From Chloroflexota bacterium (GTDB lineage: Bacteria; Chloroflexota; UBA11872; VXOZ01): a stretch of 64,000 nucleotides of DNA. The notes beneath the pieces were generated by a model, which ran no database searches, was not told the DNA's origin, and saw only the letters and a program-made list of their open reading frames with translations. Shown one piece after another: positions 59,949 through 64,000 of the stretch (within the stretch, counting starts at the first letter, position 1; the number at the start of each line of letters is the position of its first letter). The translations under genes and the position numbers were made by a program. The stretch lies in the NCBI GenBank assembly GCA_963663275.1, contig OY760183.1, positions 2,336,001 through 2,400,000 of the forward strand. Direction: 5' to 3'.

Positions 59949-61121
59949 CTAGAACAGTCCTCGCAAAGGCCGCGCATACCCGGTGAGTTCGGCATAGCCG
60001 TAGCCGACGGCGTCCCCGCTCACCCGCACGGCGCCCTCCCAGTAAGTCACGCTGCCCACGAATTCTTGCTCCGCCAGCAGCGGCTCCAGGAAGAGGCGCA
60101 GTGGCGCGCCGCCAGCCTGAACGACGATCTCCCAGCCGGCGGGATAGGTAGCGCCGCTGCGACTGCTCCGCCACGTGCGTGTCGGCGTAATAGCGAACGC
60201 CGCCGACGAGAGATTGACAGTCCGGCCGTCAGGAAACACGAGCAGGCCGCCAAAGAACGGTTCCAAGTTGCCGTCTTGGAAGCGAATCTGCCCTACCATC
60301 AGGTCGCGGCCGTCATCCAGGTGCACCGCGAACCAGTCCCAGCCCACCGCGCCCGCGCTCAGCGCGCTGGTGCCGAATTCCCGGTCCATCCAACTTGCGC
60401 CGCTGACCGTAAACGCCTCATCCCCAATGGTCACCGTGCCCGTCGTGGCCAGGCGCGTGAGCGAATAGTAGTAGCTGGCGTTGCCGGGCTCCGGGCCTTT
60501 TTGGCTGAGGCCGCTGTCGCCTTGCAGCGCGGGCGGTTTGGCGGCGGTGAGCGTCAAATCGATGGCAAAGCCGTCCGCCTTGGCAACAATCCGCATTTGC
60601 GACGCCGCATCGTCTACGCCTTGCGCCGACCAATCTTCCAACCAAACGCGGTAGCGCGGGATGCCTTCAGCGCCCGCCAGGCCCGCCGCGCCCCGGCTAA
60701 ACCGCTCTTCCTGGTAGAACGTCTTGCCTGCCACGTCGCTGACCGTAAAGTGCGCCATGTAGATCTGGTTCGTGTGCCACTCCGACTGCGTTTCTCGTTG
60801 TTCCGGTGTGAGAGCGCGCCGAAAAATGGTGAACTGGTAACCGAACTGCCGCCCGGACGCGGTTGTCACGTTGCCGGTGTAGTACCACCATTCGGTCTGG
60901 AACGCCGGATGCGGCCCGTGGTCGTGGGGAAACTCCCACTGCCAGGGATCTATGGCCCGCGCGAAGCCGTCGGCAGCGAACTGAGGCGGCAGAATGGTGG
61001 TCTGCGCTCCGAGGGACGCCGCCGGCCGGTTGAGCGTCCACAGGACACCGCCAAGCAGCAGGACGAGCGCGCCGGCGACAATGAGGAACGGCAGCATCTT
61101 CTTGACATAAGGCTTATTCAT
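59949..61121 (-). CDS. AttH/CrtC-like lipocalin-domain secreted protein
   Basis: FPHDHGPHP, EWWYYTG, SYYYS, WMDREF, GWDWF, YWEG, ELTGY. Confidence 0.85.
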   Translation of the reverse strand: MNKPYVKKMLPFLIVAGALVLLLGGVLWTLNRPAASLGAQTTILPPQFAADGFARAIDPWQWEFPHDHGPHPAFQTEWWYYTGNVTTASGRQFGYQFTIFRRALTPEQRETQSEWHTNQIYMAHFTVSDVAGKTFYQEERFSRGAAGLAGAEGIPRYRVWLEDWSAQGVDDAASQMRIVAKADGFAIDLTLTAAKPPALQGDSGLSQKGPEPGNASYYYSLTRLATTGTVTIGDEAFTVSGASWMDREFGTSALSAGAVGWDWFAVHLDDGRDLMVGQIRFQDGNLEPFFGGLLVFPDGRTVNLSSAAFAITPTRTWRSSRSGATYPAGWEIVVQAGGAPLRLFLEPLLAEQEFVGSVTYWEGAVRVSGDAVGYGYAELTGYARPLRGLF

Positions 61122-63687
61122 TGCGGATGGCCTCCGCCGGCACCAAGCGCGCGACCCGCCACGCCGGGTAGACCCCGGCCGCCAATGCCGCCACCAGCGC
61201 GATCACGACCGCTTGCACCAAAGAGCCTGCCGACACTATGTAGGCGAAGGTCCAGCCGAACGCGCGCACGTTGATAACGTCGATGAGCAGCCTGGCCAGG
61301 AGCAGGCCGATGGGCAGCGCGAAGAGACCGGCGGCCAGCCCCATCAAGCCGGTGATCAGGAACGTAAGCCGCCACAACTGCCCCGCGGTCAGGCCGAGGG
61401 CGCGCATGGTTCCCAGCGTGCGCTTCTGATCCAGTTGCAGCGCCATCAGCGCGCTGAGGATGCCGATGAAAGCCACAATCGCCACCAGACTGCGCAGGGC
61501 GGCCGTGATGGCGAAGGCGCGATCGAAGATGGCGAATACCTGGTTGCGCAAGGCCCGCGTGCCTTGCACGACCAACCCCTGGTCGGCCACCAGGCGGCGG
61601 ACGTTCTCGATGGCCGATTCACTGTTCGTCCCCGGCGCCAGGAAGAGCACGAAGGAGGAAACCCACGGATCGGCGTAGAGTTCACGATAGACGGCGTCCG
61701 CCATGAGCACGATTCCCTGGTCGGTGCCGTAGTGGTAGAAGACGCCGACGATGGGGAAGTCGCGCGGGCCCCGGTCCGTGAGCAGCGTAAGGGTGTTCGC
61801 CTCCTCGGTAATCCGGCGGCGATAGGCGAACGACTCGCTAACGATGATGGCGCCGTCCTGCATGGCGTTCCACAGTTCGTCTTGATTCACCGTGAGCCAG
61901 ATGAAGCGTCGCGCGGGCGTCACCTGCTGTGGATTCGTGCTGATTGCCACCAGGTTGACCGGCGGCAAATCGGGGTAGTCCGGCGCGAGGACCGGCACGT
62001 CGCGGCCGGTGGCAACGTGCGTCACCCCCGGCGCCGCTTGCAACAGCGCCGTGAGGCTTGGATCGATGTTGGTGGTCTCGAGCAGGCCGCTCGACGGGGC
62101 GGAAATGTACACGTCGGCGGCGAGCGCGCCCTCGAGCCAAGCCGTGACCGTCCCTCGAAAACTCCCGATCATCACGCTCACCCCCACGATCACGCTGACG
62201 GCCAACGCCAGCGCCGCTACCGCCACGCCCGTGCGGCTGAGCGAGCGGACGACGGCGCGCGGCGCAATTCGCCCAAGCGTGCCAAAGAGGAGCCCGCTCA
62301 CCGGCTGCAGGACGCGCATCAGTAGCAAGAGCGCGGCCGGTGTAAAGAGTATGCTGCCCATGAGGATGAGGAAGAGCGCGCCCAGCCCAATGAACAGGCT
62401 GCGGGGTTGCAGTTGGGTGACGACGATGCCGGCGGCCAGCGCCGCAACGCCTGCCGCTACTGCCACGTCCACGCGAGACCGCGTCGCTTGCTCGGCGTCC
62501 GCGCTGCGCAGGGCGCTGGCGGCGGTGACGCGGGTGGCGCCAAACGCGGGAATCAAGGCCGCCCCCACACTGGCGATTAGCCCCGTTGCCACCCCTTTGG
62601 CAATGGTGAAAGACGAAAGCGCAAGCACCTGCACTTCCACCCGATAGTAGAGGTCGGTGATGGTTCTGGTTACCGCACCCACCAGGAAACCGCCGAGGAA
62701 GTAGCCCGCCGCCACGCCCAGCAACGTGCCCGCTACGCCAAAGACGAGCGCCTCGAGCAGGATCGACCCGAAGATCTGGCGGCGGGTTGCGCCAATCGCC
62801 CGCAACATGCCAATCTGCACCCGTCGCTGCACGACGCTGAACGACATGATGTTGTAGACGAGAAACATGCCCACCACCAAGGCGAGCAAACTCAGGGCTT
62901 GCAGATTGAGCGTAAAGCTGTCGCTGAGTTGCTGGAGGGTCTGCCGGTTGCTCTCCGCCGGCCGCATGATCACGCCGGGCGGCAGTTTCTCCTGGATTTG
63001 CGTCAGCGTCTGGGTGTCGTTTAGGATCAGGTCGATGCGCGTCAACACGCCGGGAGCGCCGAGAAACTCCTGGGCGGTGGCTATGTCGGCAATCACCAGC
63101 GATGACAAGGCCTGCCGGCTCAGGTCGTTCCAGGGACGAATTGTGCCGGCGAGGGTGACCGTTCGGCGGTTCTGTGTAGTAGAGAGTTCGAAGGTGTCGC
63201 CGGGCGCAAAGCCGAGACGCGCGGCGACGGATTCCGAAACCAGCACGGCATTCGGCTCGGTGAGGAGTCTGAGCAACGCCTGACCCGCCGCGCCGGTAGC
63301 GTCGGCAACGGCGGCTTCCGCCAGGTACTGGCGCATCTGGGATTCGGCGAAGGGGTCTATGCCCATGAGCGTAAGCGCGAGGCCGCTCCCGTCCGCGCGC
63401 ACCGTGCTCTGGACCACCGGCGCGGCGGTGCGAATGCCAAGCTCTACGCGCAGCGTGCGGTAGAGCGCAGTGGGTACGCCGCTGGGGCCGCCGACAATCT
63501 CGTGCGTGGCATTGCCCTGGAGGCTTGCGGTACTGAGGGCAAACGCGCGGCGGGCCGACTCCGCGGCCACGTCTACGCCCACCACCAGCGCAACCCCCGC
63601 CACGATGCTCAAGACGAAGAGCCCGCTTTGGAATGCGCGGCGTTGCAGCGCGCGGTAGGCGAGACGGCTGAGAACCGTGACGGACAT
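61114..63687 (-). CDS. FtsX/MacB-like ABC permease with duplicated halves (AttF/G type)
   Basis: [18 protein letters not shown] and GTMRALGLT; two large extracytoplasmic domains. Confidence 0.9.
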   Translation of the reverse strand: MSVTVLSRLAYRALQRRAFQSGLFVLSIVAGVALVVGVDVAAESARRAFALSTASLQGNATHEIVGGPSGVPTALYRTLRVELGIRTAAPVVQSTVRADGSGLALTLMGIDPFAESQMRQYLAEAAVADATGAAGQALLRLLTEPNAVLVSESVAARLGFAPGDTFELSTTQNRRTVTLAGTIRPWNDLSRQALSSLVIADIATAQEFLGAPGVLTRIDLILNDTQTLTQIQEKLPPGVIMRPAESNRQTLQQLSDSFTLNLQALSLLALVVGMFLVYNIMSFSVVQRRVQIGMLRAIGATRRQIFGSILLEALVFGVAGTLLGVAAGYFLGGFLVGAVTRTITDLYYRVEVQVLALSSFTIAKGVATGLIASVGAALIPAFGATRVTAASALRSADAEQATRSRVDVAVAAGVAALAAGIVVTQLQPRSLFIGLGALFLILMGSILFTPAALLLLMRVLQPVSGLLFGTLGRIAPRAVVRSLSRTGVAVAALALAVSVIVGVSVMIGSFRGTVTAWLEGALAADVYISAPSSGLLETTNIDPSLTALLQAAPGVTHVATGRDVPVLAPDYPDLPPVNLVAISTNPQQVTPARRFIWLTVNQDELWNAMQDGAIIVSESFAYRRRITEEANTLTLLTDRGPRDFPIVGVFYHYGTDQGIVLMADAVYRELYADPWVSSFVLFLAPGTNSESAIENVRRLVADQGLVVQGTRALRNQVFAIFDRAFAITAALRSLVAIVAFIGILSALMALQLDQKRTLGTMRALGLTAGQLWRLTFLITGLMGLAAGLFALPIGLLLARLLIDVINVRAFGWTFAYIVSAGSLVQAVVIALVAALAAGVYPAWRVARLVPAEAIRNE

Positions 63688-63691
63688 CGGG

Positions 63692-64000
63692 TCAGGGCGC
63701 CGAAACGACGGCGGAATGGCTCGACTGCGAGGCGGCCTGCGTCTGCGACGCCGTGACCGTAAGGGTACCGCCGCTAATGCGGCAAATGCGAGAAGCCTGC
63801 CGGGCGATCTCGTGGTCGTGCGTCGCCATCAGCAGCGTGCGTCCGGCCTCGCGCGTCAGTTCGAGCAGGAGCGCGAGCACACGCCCGCTGTTCTCCGCGT
63901 CCAGATTGCCGGTCGGTTCGTCGGCAAGCACCACGAGCGGCTCATGGGCCAGGGCGCGCACGATAGCCACCCGCTGCTGCTCGCCGCCGCTGAGCCTATC
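63692..64000 (-). CDS. ABC transporter ATP-binding protein (LolD/AttE type), 5' part outside window
   Basis: [25 protein letters not shown]. Confidence 0.92.
   Translation of the reverse strand, partial: DRLSGGEQQRVAIVRALAHEPLVVLADEPTGNLDAENSGRVLALLLELTREAGRTLLMATHDHEIARQASRICRISGGTLTVTASQTQAASQSSHSAVVSAP

Noticed and set aside
59949-61121. Carotenoid biosynthesis (CrtC)
   Set aside because: No crt genes nearby; the context is the common Att-type ABC exporter operon

Overview
High-GC bacterial chromosomal window, probably Chloroflexota (16S rRNA with short h17 and h39, LGFP-like repeat protein). The gene content suggests a marine or sponge-associated heterotroph (inference). It holds about 50 CDSs: housekeeping genes (serS, holB, rarA, PFK), many catabolic enzymes, an EPS cluster and a low-GC type II restriction-modification pair. 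RNA genes are a stand-alone 16S rRNA, RNase P RNA directly upstream of tRNA-fMet, tRNA-His and a candidate 6S RNA. Intergenic DNA is rich in REP-like hairpins and MITEs. Main observations: (1) an ACP-PPTase-hydrolase-permease module matching the sponge-symbiont sup accessory genes but with no PKS; (2) a 16S rRNA with compensated substitutions in h5/h14 that remove the 341F/EUB338 site; (3) a ~145-bp MITE inserted twice into the same hairpin family; (4) 40-bp-period GTAG-REP arrays; (5) a sulfatase with Thr at the formylglycine position. All calls come from reading motifs by eye; no searches were run, and several start codons are estimates.
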